Made by a program: the position numbers and the translations under genes. A stretch of DNA of 64,000 nucleotides, taken from the IMG/VR virus record IMGVR_UViG_3300022188_000008, positions 1-64,000 of that record; one strand, given 5' to 3'. Numbering within the stretch: the first letter of the stretch is position 1; every line of letters begins with the position of its first letter. The notes below the pieces were generated by a model. It was not told the origin of the DNA and did no database searches. It saw nothing but the letters and a program-made list of their open reading frames with translations. Shown here piece after piece: positions 27,948 through 39,695 of this stretch. This stretch comes from a virus.

Positions 27948-30026
27948 TTAAAAAACTGAGCTTATTGGTAATTTATCTGGATCTATATTTATTAGAGTAT
28001 TGAGGTTTTCCCCTATGTAATATGCTACCCCAGGTACTTCTTCTTTTATATATTCTAAGAATATTGTCTCCCCTTTATTAAATTCATTATACATTTTTAA
28101 TACTTTTCCAATAGGAATAAATTTGTTAAAAAAGACTGCATTATTATGATGTAATGCTTCTATTGTGTTTAATAGTGCTAGTATTGTGTTTATGTCTGTA
28201 GGGACACCTAGTACCTTTATTAGATTCTTAGTAGCTTCGGCTATCCTGCCCCATGCTTTACCACCATAACCTGGGGAAAAGCAAGCCAAGTTTTGTTTTA
28301 GTACTTTTTCAAAAGGAGTATCCTTGGCAAAATAATATTTTTCATAGTTATCAGATAACTTTGCAGTTCCTAATATTTTGATAATAGCTTTTGAAGGCTG
28401 TTTAAAAATAAACTCGATTGTATCCATTGTATCATATAGTACTTTCTTTCTAACTCCAGAATGTAGTATTTCAATGAGGGGATCATATATATTTTGCTGT
28501 TTATTTCCTGTTTTGTTTGTTACTCCATCATACATGATATTTATATATGGATTAGAGGTGGTCTTTAGATGCTTTAAAAACCCAAACATTTCTTTTCTCT
28601 TTATTTCTAGTGCGTGTCCCTCTGCTGCTAAAGACCAATGCCTTACTTCTCCTATACACGCTAAAACACCCCATACTACAAATCTAGTTATTGCCTCATT
28701 TAATACATTTTCTAGTTCGTTTTGTGGTATTCTATTCAATATAGCTAATTTGTACTTTGTTAATTCGGTAAGTGCATCAGTGCTTGAATATACATAAAGA
28801 GCTGATATTTTATCTCTTACTAATTTAGGGGTTATTTCTGTGCTCTTAGTTGTATTTGTATCAATACTTTCTTCTTCTATGTCTAATTTACCTTTATAGA
28901 TTTTACCGTCAATTAAAGTTATTTCTTTGTTTAATATTTTAGCTATGTCTTTTTTGGGTATTTTTATATATGCTTTTCCATACCCTTTTGCCAACACTAC
29001 TCCATGACAATGTAAAGAACCTGTAGAAAATGCAATTCCTACGCAGTTATCCCTCTTAACTGCGTTTATCCATTCTAAGGAAACCCCACTTTCTATGTAT
29101 TTTATATATTTTTTCTTCTTATAATCTGATTTTGTTATTTTTCCGTAACATACTCCTTCCCCCTCGGCTTCTAATATGGGCTGTTTATCTACTATTATTG
29201 TCTTATTCTTAGAAGCTAATTCCATGATGTTAGTAGAGGGAGTCAGTTTCATATCTTTTAATAATTCTAACCAGAATTTAGCTTCTGCTGGGGTTAATTT
29301 ATAATCTCTAGCCTGAAGAAAGAATAAACTCTTTTTTGTGAAATCTATTATGATTTCAAATTCTGGTGGATGATGAAATGTACTTAAATATTCTTGGAAT
29401 ATTTTTACTATAGGGACTTGGTAGAAGGCGCTGTCCTTATGAACAATACTTTCCATAAGGTCAATTATTATCATTACTCCATCTTCTTCGGATTTGCCTG
29501 AAACGATGTCATCCCCTACTCTCTTCTTGTATCTGAAAGTTAATTCAACTCTATTGTTTTTTATTTTTGGAAACACTACTCCTACAGCAACATCATTTTT
29601 TGGCAATACTGTTGCCATACATTGAATGATTGCTGCTGTTCCTTTCAAATCCTTTCTTACATCTTCAGGAACTCCTAGGAAAGATTCAAATACTTTTTTT
29701 ACTTCAGAATGTACATTATTACGCTTTACAAATAGAATAGTATCCATTAATCCAGGAAGGGATTTTGCAGCTCCTGACCTTACAGAGTATTTCCTACGTG
29801 GAAGAGTATTAAGATAGGATTCTATAGATTCTCTATGTAATTCCTTTTTTATAAGGTATTTTTCACATTCATGAATTGGAATGATTCTAAAGGGAGGTAC
29901 AGCTACTGGGTATTGTGTGTCAAGTTTGGATATTTTATTAGCCAACCATAAAAGGTAGAATCCTTTTCCGCCATAGAGTTCTTTAATATCTTTTACGGTA
30001 AAAGGTACTTGTTTAATATCAATCAT
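27948..30026 (-). CDS. PEP-utilising enzyme/PPDK-like protein (ATP-grasp, phospho-His swivel, novel C-terminal domain)
   Basis: GGKG, SVRSGAAKSLPGLMDTI, LFFLQAR, GSLHCHGVVLAK. Confidence 0.78.
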   Translation of the reverse strand: MIDIKQVPFTVKDIKELYGGKGFYLLWLANKISKLDTQYPVAVPPFRIIPIHECEKYLIKKELHRESIESYLNTLPRRKYSVRSGAAKSLPGLMDTILFVKRNNVHSEVKKVFESFLGVPEDVRKDLKGTAAIIQCMATVLPKNDVAVGVVFPKIKNNRVELTFRYKKRVGDDIVSGKSEEDGVMIIIDLMESIVHKDSAFYQVPIVKIFQEYLSTFHHPPEFEIIIDFTKKSLFFLQARDYKLTPAEAKFWLELLKDMKLTPSTNIMELASKNKTIIVDKQPILEAEGEGVCYGKITKSDYKKKKYIKYIESGVSLEWINAVKRDNCVGIAFSTGSLHCHGVVLAKGYGKAYIKIPKKDIAKILNKEITLIDGKIYKGKLDIEEESIDTNTTKSTEITPKLVRDKISALYVYSSTDALTELTKYKLAILNRIPQNELENVLNEAITRFVVWGVLACIGEVRHWSLAAEGHALEIKRKEMFGFLKHLKTTSNPYINIMYDGVTNKTGNKQQNIYDPLIEILHSGVRKKVLYDTMDTIEFIFKQPSKAIIKILGTAKLSDNYEKYYFAKDTPFEKVLKQNLACFSPGYGGKAWGRIAEATKNLIKVLGVPTDINTILALLNTIEALHHNNAVFFNKFIPIGKVLKMYNEFNKGETIFLEYIKEEVPGVAYYIGENLNTLINIDPDKLPISSVF

Positions 30027-30054
30027 TGTCTAACCCCCTAGTTAATTTTTCTAC

Positions 30055-30083
30055 ATAATACTACAAAATGTATATTTTGTCAA
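30055..30083 (-). promoter_or_regulatory. sigma70-type phage promoter
   Basis: TTGACA-17-TATTAT. Confidence 0.7.
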
Positions 30084-31765
30084 CGTTTAATAGTTTCAAC
30101 GATAGAATCTATTAATTGCTCTTTATTTTTTAGAGTCCCGAACAATATTTTTTCATCTATTGTGTCTTTTGTGTATACGTAGAAAATAAAGCATTTTTTC
30201 TCCTGAACTAATCTTATTACTCTATAAGCTGCTTGTTCATTAACTTTAGGTGAATAATCAGCTTCTGCAAATATCACAATATTGGCATTTTTGAAATCTA
30301 ATCCTAATCCCCCTGTTCTTAATTGTGCTATAATAGCATTTAATTCTCCTTTTTTAAATGCTGTTTCGTTTTCCTTTTTGACTTGGGAACTCTGCTCACC
30401 ATAAATTATACCTGTTTTTATGCCCATTTTTTCTAATTCTTCTTTTAATAGAAATCCCGTCTGAACAAAGTTGACTGCAACAACTACGTTATTTCCCTCA
30501 GCTACTGCTCTTTTTGTCAATGTACAAACATATTCTATTTTATTTGATTTCTCAGGCAATCTTACTACTTTTGATAATACTTTACCTTTTTCATCTTTTT
30601 TATTCAAGATTATGAAACCTGATGTAACTTGTCTTAATTTTCCAAGAATAGGAAGCCCTTTTGTTATATTATAACCTTTTAGCTTCTGTAGTTCATCAAC
30701 TATCCCCATTGCTGTGTCGTTATAGATTTCTCTATGTTTTGGATTCAACGATACAGGACAGTATTTTATAACCTTATTTCCCTTATATTCAGGGACTTCT
30801 TCGTGCTTAAACCTTATAGCCTGAGAATAGATTATTTTTTTGAAATAGCTTGATTTCTCAGGCATAAACCTCCAATTTATTGAATGTCTTGGCTTATAGA
30901 AGAAGTTCTTTCTGAACATGTAATAGGATAAATTAAAAGCATAAGGATTTATTATATAGTATTGACTCCATACTTCGTCAGGGTTGTTCATTAGTGGTGT
31001 CCCTGTAAGAACTAATTTAAATCGAACTTTATCAGCTAAGTATAACATTGCTTTTGTACGTTTAGCTCTGTAATTTTTTACTAATGTAGATTCATCCAGA
31101 ATTAGCATATCCACTGAATTCAATCTATCTAGTATCTTCAATATTTTTTCATAATTAACTATTACTACATTAGCAGTAATTGTGTTTAAATCCTTTTTTC
31201 TTATCTGAGATAGGTCATAAATAGGCAGTATTTTATTCTTTAATTCAGGGAAAAATTTCTCTATTTCTTTCTTCCACTGAGGGATTAATGTCTTAGGGGT
31301 TATTATCCATGTTCTTCTAACTCCTGAATGAAACATTCTGAATTTCATAACATTTATAGCGCAATATGTTTTTCCTAATCCCATTTTTATGAATAACCCT
31401 GCTGATGGGAAGATAGTTCCGAAATAAATTGTCAATATTTGATGCCTGTAATAATCTCCTAGTAATTCTATTTTAGATTCGAGCTTTTCTTTTAATTCTA
31501 ATACTTTATCTTCATCATGTATTAAGTTCTTTATAGCAGTTCCCCACATTTTTTGCTTTATAGAAGCAAGGTATTTCTCTTCTTTTGCTTGTAGTTCTTT
31601 AAATCTTGGTTCTCTGGGGAACTGCTCTCCGAGGTCAAAAAGATTTTGAGGTGTAAGGGGGATCTTATAGACCCCCTTTTCTATCACCTTAAAATTGATA
31701 TTCTTTATTCTTCTATCAGTTTTTACCCAAATCCAGTGTTTATTTCTTTTCAATATTTTTATCAT
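30080..31765 (-). CDS. SNF2-family helicase
   Basis: MGLGKT, LILDES, LTGTPLMN, GGLGLDF, QAAYRVIR. Confidence 0.9.
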   Translation of the reverse strand: MIKILKRNKHWIWVKTDRRIKNINFKVIEKGVYKIPLTPQNLFDLGEQFPREPRFKELQAKEEKYLASIKQKMWGTAIKNLIHDEDKVLELKEKLESKIELLGDYYRHQILTIYFGTIFPSAGLFIKMGLGKTYCAINVMKFRMFHSGVRRTWIITPKTLIPQWKKEIEKFFPELKNKILPIYDLSQIRKKDLNTITANVVIVNYEKILKILDRLNSVDMLILDESTLVKNYRAKRTKAMLYLADKVRFKLVLTGTPLMNNPDEVWSQYYIINPYAFNLSYYMFRKNFFYKPRHSINWRFMPEKSSYFKKIIYSQAIRFKHEEVPEYKGNKVIKYCPVSLNPKHREIYNDTAMGIVDELQKLKGYNITKGLPILGKLRQVTSGFIILNKKDEKGKVLSKVVRLPEKSNKIEYVCTLTKRAVAEGNNVVVAVNFVQTGFLLKEELEKMGIKTGIIYGEQSSQVKKENETAFKKGELNAIIAQLRTGGLGLDFKNANIVIFAEADYSPKVNEQAAYRVIRLVQEKKCFIFYVYTKDTIDEKILFGTLKNKEQLIDSIVETIKR

Positions 31766-31768
31766 GAT

Positions 31769-32125
31769 TTATTTCTTATTTTTCTTCCTCATGGTGATTC
31801 TTTTGCTCTCTTTTATATCACATTGAGCTTCGATGCCCGCCATAGTTTTCTTATCTAATAGCTTGGAGAGGGCAGTTTTATTAATGGACACTACTTTTAA
31901 GAATTTAGGCACGCTTTTTATTGCTTTCCAAACAATTGCGGGATTAAAGACTATCGTATGTACAGTTATGATTTCGATAGGATAATCCTTTTTATTGATA
32001 TATTTTTCATATTTGAGTAATTCCTCTTTATACTGCTTTTCATATTTAGCGTATTGCTCTTTTAATTTTTTTACCCTGAGGTATTCCCCTACCAGTTTGT
32101 CTACTTTTTTCTTTGAAATAGCCAT
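31769..32125 (-). CDS. Hypothetical basic protein
   Basis: Likely start MAISKK after GGAGG. Confidence 0.55.
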   Translation of the reverse strand: MAISKKKVDKLVGEYLRVKKLKEQYAKYEKQYKEELLKYEKYINKKDYPIEIITVHTIVFNPAIVWKAIKSVPKFLKVVSINKTALSKLLDKKTMAGIEAQCDIKESKRITMRKKNKK

Positions 32126-32469
32126 TATGTCCTCCTTATAATTCTGAGACAATTAGTAGCAAAAGGATAAAAAGCTAAGTTCCCTGAGATTAATATGGTA
32201 ATTTTTCCTTCTGGATCTTTTTCTATATAGATGCTACCTCCCCCATCCATTCTAACCTCGACTTTATTTTCCTTATTGAAGTGAAAGCTTTTCATTTTTG
32301 AATATACAACAATATCGGATTTCAGACTTTCATCTTGTTCAATTAATATATCAATCATCTTTCCTTGGGTTTTTACTAATTCTTCTAAATCTTTGATATA
32401 GCATTGTATCCATTTAGGTTGTTTCTTTAACTCTTGTTTCTGCTGTTCACTTTTTATCAGCATTTTCAT
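32125..32469 (-). CDS. Hypothetical protein, paralogue of the 32477 ORF
   Basis: Shared LKKQPKWxQ...LE...SDI...PxAxNxxRI pattern. Confidence 0.65.
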   Translation of the reverse strand: MKMLIKSEQQKQELKKQPKWIQCYIKDLEELVKTQGKMIDILIEQDESLKSDIVVYSKMKSFHFNKENKVEVRMDGGGSIYIEKDPEGKITILISGNLAFYPFATNCLRIIRRT

Positions 32470-32476
32470 CTCTCCT

Positions 32477-32806
32477 TTAATATTCTTCGCTTTTTACTCT
32501 TATAGAATTCCACGCTCTGGGCAATACCTTTATACAAGTACGGCCTTGTACCACTAGCCTTCGTTCCTTCTCAAAATAAACTTCTATTATTGATATTCCA
32601 TCTTTGAATTTTATTCTTACATTATTATTAAGATAAAACCCATTATTACCATCTGTTTGAACCCAAATATCAGATTCACGCTCTTTTTTATTTAAAATTC
32701 TTATTGTCTCTTTTGCTTTCTCCAATTCCTTTTCCAAATCCTCTACCAATTCTTGTACCCATTTTGGTTGTTTTTTTAATTTCTCTCTTTGTGAATTCGT
32801 TAGCAT
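32477..32806 (-). CDS. Hypothetical protein, paralogue of the 32125 ORF
   Basis: Likely start MLTNSQ after GGGAG; shared motif. Confidence 0.65.
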   Translation of the reverse strand: MLTNSQREKLKKQPKWVQELVEDLEKELEKAKETIRILNKKERESDIWVQTDGNNGFYLNNNVRIKFKDGISIIEVYFEKERRLVVQGRTCIKVLPRAWNSIRVKSEEY

Positions 32807-32819
32807 TTTATTCTCCCTT

Positions 32820-33062
32820 CTAAGCAATTTTAGCTTCTCTTTCAAAGGAACAAATCAGGTTTTTTAACCCATTTTTTGTTCCCCCTAGTGTTTCATATAC
32901 TTCAACTACATCAACTCTTCTCTCAGAATCGTGAGTTATCGCCACTTCTACGCCTATATTTGGGCTAAAAAGACGACACCTAATACCTGAGTCCTTTTTC
33001 CCTCTGAAATGCCCTTCTGTAGCACCAAACCCCTTATAAAACCCATGAAAGTATAATTTCAT
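32820..33062 (-). CDS. Hypothetical protein (likely start MKLYFH)
   Basis: GGAGG RBS before the internal ATG. Confidence 0.55.
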   Translation of the reverse strand: MKLYFHGFYKGFGATEGHFRGKKDSGIRCRLFSPNIGVEVAITHDSERRVDVVEVYETLGGTKNGLKNLICSFEREAKIA

Positions 33063-33249
33063 TGCATACCTCCTATATTTGTTTATCTTCGAAATAGAAA
33101 CATCCGCATCAATGTAAAAACAACAGTATTTATTACGACTGATGCAAGAAATACCCATAGACCTAAGAAGAAATATTTTGGTACTACGGTTGCTAAGAAA
33201 ATAAACCACCCAATAGTTATTAATATCATGATAATAGTAAATATCTTCA

Positions 33250-33477
33250 TTATTCCTCCTCTAAATTACCTGTACCTGTCCAATGCTCACAACCAGGAAT
33301 GTCTGGTAATTCCCAATTCTCTCCAATATAACCCATTAATGACAGTTTCCCGCATTCTGAGCACTCATAGACAGTATACCATTTGTCTTGCTCTGTTGGC
33401 TCTTCAAATTCTTTTCTTGCTTCTTCAGGATGTTCCTCCCAGAAATCCGATAATCTACCTCGATATTTCCAACCCAT
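33250..33477 (-). CDS. Small hypothetical protein with CxxC
   Basis: GGAGG RBS; YECSECG. Confidence 0.6.
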   Translation of the reverse strand: MGWKYRGRLSDFWEEHPEEARKEFEEPTEQDKWYTVYECSECGKLSLMGYIGENWELPDIPGCEHWTGTGNLEEE

Positions 33478-33496
33478 ATTTCATACCTCCTTTTCT

Positions 33497-33826
33497 TTAA
33501 AGTATTTCTTCCCACCACCAAGAATGGGGATTAATTTTACCGTTTCTTACACTAAATCCCATCCTGATTTTATGCTTTCCATCATCAGGGTTTATATGGG
33601 TTACTGTAAAATCATAATACCCATCTGAGGTGGGAATAAAATAGTCCTCGATTATGATATTGGCTATTTCCCATACGTAATCATGGTGATCTATAACTAA
33701 TTCCCCGTGGCCTACAATCCCAAATCCATAATCAAGATATTCTTCTTCTACCCTGCAATTGTTTTTAAACCATTCTTGCCAGAAATTATCATTTATTTTC
33801 TTGGCTGCCTCTCCCATGCTTTTCAC
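33497..33826 (-). CDS. Hypothetical protein
   Basis: GGGGG RBS downstream of a promoter. Confidence 0.6.
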   Translation of the reverse strand: MKSMGEAAKKINDNFWQEWFKNNCRVEEEYLDYGFGIVGHGELVIDHHDYVWEIANIIIEDYFIPTSDGYYDFTVTHINPDDGKHKIRMGFSVRNGKINPHSWWWEEIL

Positions 33827-33841
33827 CCCCTTTCAATTTCG

Positions 33842-33870
33842 ATAATACTATAAATTAACATACTTGTCAA
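33842..33870 (-). promoter_or_regulatory. sigma70-type phage promoter with adjacent palindromic operator (33871-33888)
   Basis: TTGACA-17-TATTAT; TTATAA-N6-TTATGA abuts the -35. Confidence 0.7.
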
Positions 33871-33902
33871 TTATAATAAAAATTATGAAAAAGTTATGAT
33901 TT

Positions 33903-34247
33903 TTATTTCACTAGAAACCTTCTAACTGCAAATACGTTTCCGTTACCATCTTTGATACAATCAAGTCCTGTATCAGGGGCTATTATGTCTTTTCTTCCTT
34001 TTATTTTGTTAAATAGAACCACAGAAACGATATATAAAGTGTTCTCTTTTGGTTCAGGTAAATTGATTATTTCTTTCAATCTTGGCCTACTGGTGGGGAT
34101 AAATCCCCCCTCGATTTCTATTGCCCAACCAGGTTCGAATTTTGTTAGTGCTCTGGCTACTTTTCCGCTGGGTGGAAATATAGCAATTATTTTATTATCC
34201 TCATTAATCACTCTTATCGGATGTGCTGTTAAATTCACAATTTTCAC
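33903..34247 (-). CDS. Conserved phage hypothetical protein (NLTxHxI...LPEPxxxxxYIVS family)
   Basis: Recognisable motif pattern; GGAGG RBS. Confidence 0.65.
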   Translation of the reverse strand: MKIVNLTAHPIRVINEDNKIIAIFPPSGKVARALTKFEPGWAIEIEGGFIPTSRPRLKEIINLPEPKENTLYIVSVVLFNKIKGRKDIIAPDTGLDCIKDGNGNVFAVRRFLVK

Positions 34248-34259
34248 TCTATCCCTCCT

Positions 34260-36115
34260 TCACTGAGATTCTTTTACTTTTTTGATAAATGTCTTCTCAA
34301 TAGGCACATAATAAACATAAGCCTCTTCTTTTTTACCATATGTAAATTCAACTTCCCCGCCTGAAGTTGGTTGAATGCCATAATCAATTATGCAAATCTC
34401 GTCACATTTATCGTCATCTTTTGTTGCAGATGTAATAATTCCACCCTCGATTGTTATATAAATCATGATTCAATCCTCCTTGCTATACATAAATGTATAA
34501 ATATATAGATGTTTTTCTGAGATGTTAGTAAGTTCATTTACTAATTCCTCGAAATTATCATTTGGGTGAACATACACATTAAAACTGTCATAGATGTTTG
34601 AAACAATTCTAGATTTAAACCCTTTCTCTTTTAACTCTGTATTGATTTGAAGAATTATTTCAGTAAAATTTGTTGTGCCCACGTTCTAATCCTCCTTTTT
34701 CTTTTTAATGCTGTTGAAATAGAGTTTTGATATACAATACATTGCAAGATCATCTGGTGTTATTTCTCTTCTAGGCTCTTTTAACCACTGTTCGCAATTT
34801 TTTAGTGCTTTTTCTAACCATCTCTCTTTATTATTTAATGTTCTTCTTTCCTTATGTCTTGTTCTATAAATATCCTCGATTCTATAATATTCTGTTTCTA
34901 ACATCTTATAAACACTATCTCTCCAAACATCATATTCCCTAAACACTTTATTAACAAAATCTTTGCATTTAGGATTATACATAATCATGATTCAATCCTC
35001 CTCGATTTCTGCCAGTATTGAAATTATCCTCGCTTTTCCTATTTCCTTAACCATTTTCTTTAAACCCTCTTTAATCCTATCTTCAGGCTTTGTATCCCTG
35101 AACATGCTAACTGTTTCACCCTCGGAGAATCTCTCATAAAAGATATAATCTCCCTCGATTTTTCTAAATATTAGATATTGTCTATTTTGATTTTTCCAGC
35201 TTCCCCCTGCTATTTCGATAGGAACATCAAGAGGAATGTTTTCTACAGGTAAATAAGGCTCTTTTCTTCTTTTTGAATCCCTTGTAAATCCATCTAAGAA
35301 AGACCTGTTAAACTTAAATTTAGGATGCAGTCCTGTTATTTCTGCAACCCACCAATTAACAGAAGTATTTATATACATGAAATCATGAAAATTAACGCAT
35401 TTATATCCATCTCTTTCTATTAGTTTCATTTTTTCCATGTTTAATAGCCTCCTTTTAATATCCTGGCCTTAGTTCATTAACAGCTTTTTTAGTTCCCGTC
35501 TCTGTTTCGATCCAACAAAGTACGGCGCCCCAGCGGTTAAAAATAGCTGGTTTCCCCTTCTTTTTGGTAGATTCCAAGACATAACCTTTAAATTCATGTT
35601 TTCCTGATCTACCAATAACTAATTCCCCGATTTGTGGCCTCCAACCTTTAGGTGCTTGGTAATTGATAAAACTTGCCATTTTAATAACCTCCTTTCTATT
35701 ATTTCTTAAGGGAATTGATGAAATCAGAAGCAAGTTGACTAAAGGCAATAGGTCTTAAGTTTTTTGCTCTTATCCGCTTTATCTCTCTTATTTTATTATG
35801 TATTTTCTTTTTCTGTTTTTTTACTTTTTCAGCAGCTTGATGAAGTGTTAAATTAGATTCTAAATTGTAATCTAATCCGAAAAGAAATCCCGCTTTTTCC
35901 ATATAACATATAAATTCTGGTAAGCTCATTATTTTATTGCCTAAATATACTTTTGTTTTCCCCTCTCCTGATATGTATAAATCTATTTCAATCCCTTCTT
36001 TTTCTAGTTTTATATCTGTCACTTTGTGAGATAATAGATAACTGTATTCATCTTTTGATAATTTTAAAGCAAAGCCCCCTCCATTATCCATTTTGAGAAC
36101 CAATTTCCTTTTCAT
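34260..36115 (-). CDS. Cluster of small early hypothetical ORFs (34260-34466, 34470-34682, 34686-34988, 34992-35438, 35455-35679, 35699-36115)
   Basis: Tightly packed minus-strand ORFs, each with a GGAGG RBS. Confidence 0.6.
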
Positions 36116-36353
36116 GATTTAATCCTCCTCTTTTATTTCTACATTAAAAATATAATCCCAATCCAGATTATCAGCGTACCAAACAATTGTCTCAGTAGTT
36201 CCAAATATATTTTTAACTTCCTCGATCTTTTTAACTGGTCTCCATCTCCCAAATTTAAATTTTGTTAACTGACAGGGTTTCTTTCTTGCGTGTAACATTT
36301 AATCCCCCTTTTATTTCGATTATAGAGAGGGCTTTTACCCCCTCAATTTATGA

Positions 36354-37070
36354 TTATCTCATCCAAGGATGCCTTTTATCACTATCAGGCAAGTTCTTTA
36401 TAAACTCCACTACATCTTTAGGGAGTTCAAAGAATACCCATCCAGAACCATATTTATATCCACAAACAGGGCAAGGCTTGTCTAATACCCCTTTTGGATG
36501 CTCTGAAGGGTAAACATGGCCTGAAATTGTTATTTCTTCCTTATCAATCTTATAAAAGTGTCTGTACTTTTCCGGTATTTTATCAAGATTAGGCCAGGTG
36601 AAATACCAGGGAAGATTTAATAATTCTTGTTCTTCCTTGGTTATCTCAGCTTTCCCTGTCTCTTTGAGGCTTTTTAATGCTTTTTCTTTGATTTTTCTAG
36701 TGAGAGTATATAACTCGGTAGTTCTGTTATATTCTCTCTTTACAATCTTTTCCTTGCCCCATCCAAGCTCCTTTTGATGTTCGCAACAAGGGTTCATATC
36801 GTTTAGATGCCAATTTTCCCATATATCTAGGAATTTCTTTAATTTTTCGGAATCCCATCCAGGGGCATACTCGATAATATATCTTCTTATTGTGTCATAA
36901 ATTTGCCCACAACTCCCCTTACAATCTCCGTTGCTAAGTGGGGCTTCTACCCCTGTAATGCTTAGCACAAGTCCTCTTTTTTTCTTCTCATATAACCTTA
37001 TTTCACAAAATACATCTCCTTTAAAGGTCTTGCCTACTCTTACAATCTTCTTGAATACTATTTTTTCCAT
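36354..37070 (-). CDS. Conserved phage hypothetical protein with Cys/His motifs
   Basis: SCGQI, WHLNDMNPCCEHQ, KPCPVCGYKYGSGW. Confidence 0.7.
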   Translation of the reverse strand: MEKIVFKKIVRVGKTFKGDVFCEIRLYEKKKRGLVLSITGVEAPLSNGDCKGSCGQIYDTIRRYIIEYAPGWDSEKLKKFLDIWENWHLNDMNPCCEHQKELGWGKEKIVKREYNRTTELYTLTRKIKEKALKSLKETGKAEITKEEQELLNLPWYFTWPNLDKIPEKYRHFYKIDKEEITISGHVYPSEHPKGVLDKPCPVCGYKYGSGWVFFELPKDVVEFIKNLPDSDKRHPWMR

Positions 37071-37122
37071 AAAAACCCCCTTATAATTTGATTAGAGAGG
37101 AGGCAGAAGCCCCCTCGATTTA

Positions 37123-39660
37123 TTATCTTTTTGTGACTACCAACATTGAGTTAGGCTCTTGGCCTGATTCAATGGTAAGCACAATTTTTCCCTCTTTAGT
37201 GACGTAACCCCGAATATAAGCGCCTATAGCAACCTTTCCCTCTTTTCGTTGCTTTATTACCATTTCAAAGCCCCCGTCTTTTTCCCTAGGGCCAAATGCT
37301 ATAGGATTCTTATATCCATCAATTTTAGCCTCGATCCAAAAATTTCTAACATTTCTTGGCATACTTTATCCTCCTTTTAATTTGATTAAAGAGAGGGCAA
37401 AAGCCCCTCGATTTATATTAATTATGCCTATAAACTACTATTTCATCCTTACTATTAAATCCCAATTCTTCCATTAAATGATTATTGATCTTTGCCGTCT
37501 TTTCATATCCGTCATAGTTTGCAAAGGTTTCTTCAGGGCAATCTTTATGCAAGTCTAACCATTCATTAAGGCTTTTAACTTGTGCTTGTCCAGGGCCTGC
37601 ATATTGTCCTAGACCCCACTTAATCAGGGTTTCTTCTCCTACAATACAAGCAAATTCTTGAGGGTCATCGTTTGCTAAATCTTCCCAGTATTCCCTTGCT
37701 TTTTCTCCAGCCTCTTTATAGCTTTCTGCGATATACCATTCAGTTCCGTCTTCGAGTTCTATTAAGGGTAAATACCCATAATTTTTAACATCTGTTACTT
37801 CTAAAACCTCTGTTTCACCTTCGATAAGTATTAACAGCTTTTCCATGATTTACCTCCTTTTCAGTTAATAAGTTCTAATTCTTTAAAATCTTTCCAGGGT
37901 CTTCTAATATCGAAGATTGGAAGATCATTTAAACCGTAATTGATAAGTGCTTTTCCCTCTTTTATCTCGTATACCACCCCCTTTTCCATAATGTACCTTT
38001 TGGGTTAGTAATGACCTTCACTTTATCACCTATTTTGAACATTTTATCCCCTTTTTAATTGATTATAGGCTTTTTAATATCGCTATCTAATACCCTGCAA
38101 AAAGGCGAATTAATCCAATTATCGCCTTTATTATATATTAACCACTGTCTCGGCCTGTACCCCATTAAAGGTATAAATTTTGAAGGCACTAGATATGCTA
38201 TAAATTCATAATTCCCCGCTTTAAATTCAATTGCAGTTTTAAAAGGTGAATATTCAGGTACATATCTATAGTTATTTATATCTCTGATAGCTTTTTCTAG
38301 TGGTTTTACTATTTTTGGACTATTTACAAAATCAGTATTCTTATAACCAAATGTCATTTTATCCCCCTCTTAAATGATATTAAATTCTTTAAGAATATGT
38401 TTCATTGCTGTTTCGATATTACTATCATTTAAGTATGTATATAATTCCCTAGTATCATAACGGCTTAAGATTAGCATATCCCAACATAACTTTTTTGGAC
38501 TTGGAGAAAACTTGTTTATAGCCTCTTTAAGTCTTTCTTTGGTTATTTTCTCAATTGTTTTTTGCATAGTTTGTTTTAATTCTTTGTAGTCTTTTTCTTT
38601 TATCTTTAATCTACCGTCCATATTAACCCCCTTATTTTTTGATATAATCTTTACATTTTGTTACAGGAAAATCACATGGTATATGTGCCTTGCATGGTAC
38701 AGGGCAATTGTAGTTTTTGCATGTACTGCAGAGGCATTTTTTGCATGTATTTTTCATAATATCCCCCTTTCTATCCATATATTGATATCTCAATTAATCT
38801 AGCTAGTTGAAACAGGTGAAAAAATACTTTGTTTATCTGCTCCCCAAATTCGTCTGATAGTAGATAAGTGAAGTTAAATAAGACCCCCGCTTTGTTCCGT
38901 ATCTCAAATATGAGGGCTTTATTTTCGATATTTCTGCTATGATAACAGGCTTTAATTGTTTCCCATATATCTATAATTTCGCTATAAAACCTTTTCTCTA
39001 ACTCATTACTTGAATCTATTTCTAGTTTTTCTATTTCTTTTTTGGTTTTTACAATCAAGCCGTAAATAGTCATTTTAAAGCCCCCTGTAATTTCGATTAT
39101 TCATCTTTATCTTTTTCTCTTACCCACAGGCTAAACTTAACCTGGAAACAATCAGCGTTGTTTATAAGCCATACATAATCAAATTTTTCCCCTGAATCGA
39201 TACACGAAAAACCTGCTTTTTTGATAAGGCTATAACCCCATGAAGGTACGGCTTTGTCTGTTCGGTTTTTACAAATATCTATCAATAAATTAGGGTTCTC
39301 CTCGATGCATTCACGGCAAATTAATTCTCCGCACTCGTCATCTATAATAAAATTTGCCTCCCAAAAAGCAGAATCTGGAACGGTAGAAACGATTTTTCCA
39401 CAGTGGGAACAAGTGGCAATTTCGTCAAGATAGGTAGGATAGATAAATTCTAACTCGTTATCTATATAATCATAGAGCTTATCAGGAAGGTTATTCCAAT
39501 TGGCGGCAATAACAATTTCTTTTCCAGGGAAATCATAATAATGTGCTTTCCCGAATTCATAGTAACCGGATTTTTCATAAATGTATTTTTGTATTCTTCC
39601 GGCAATTTTAAGCTCCTTTTCCAGTCTCTCATTAATTTCTTTTTCGACTCTCTCTTCCAT
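37123..39660 (-). CDS. Cluster of small early hypothetical ORFs (37123-37362, 37418-37846, 38055-38357, 38370-38621, 38771-39073, 39097-39660)
   Basis: Colinear ORFs with GGAGG/GGGG RBS, some separated by hairpins. Confidence 0.6.
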
Positions 39661-39695
39661 GTTTAATACCTCCTTTTCTCTGTTGTTTGATTGCT

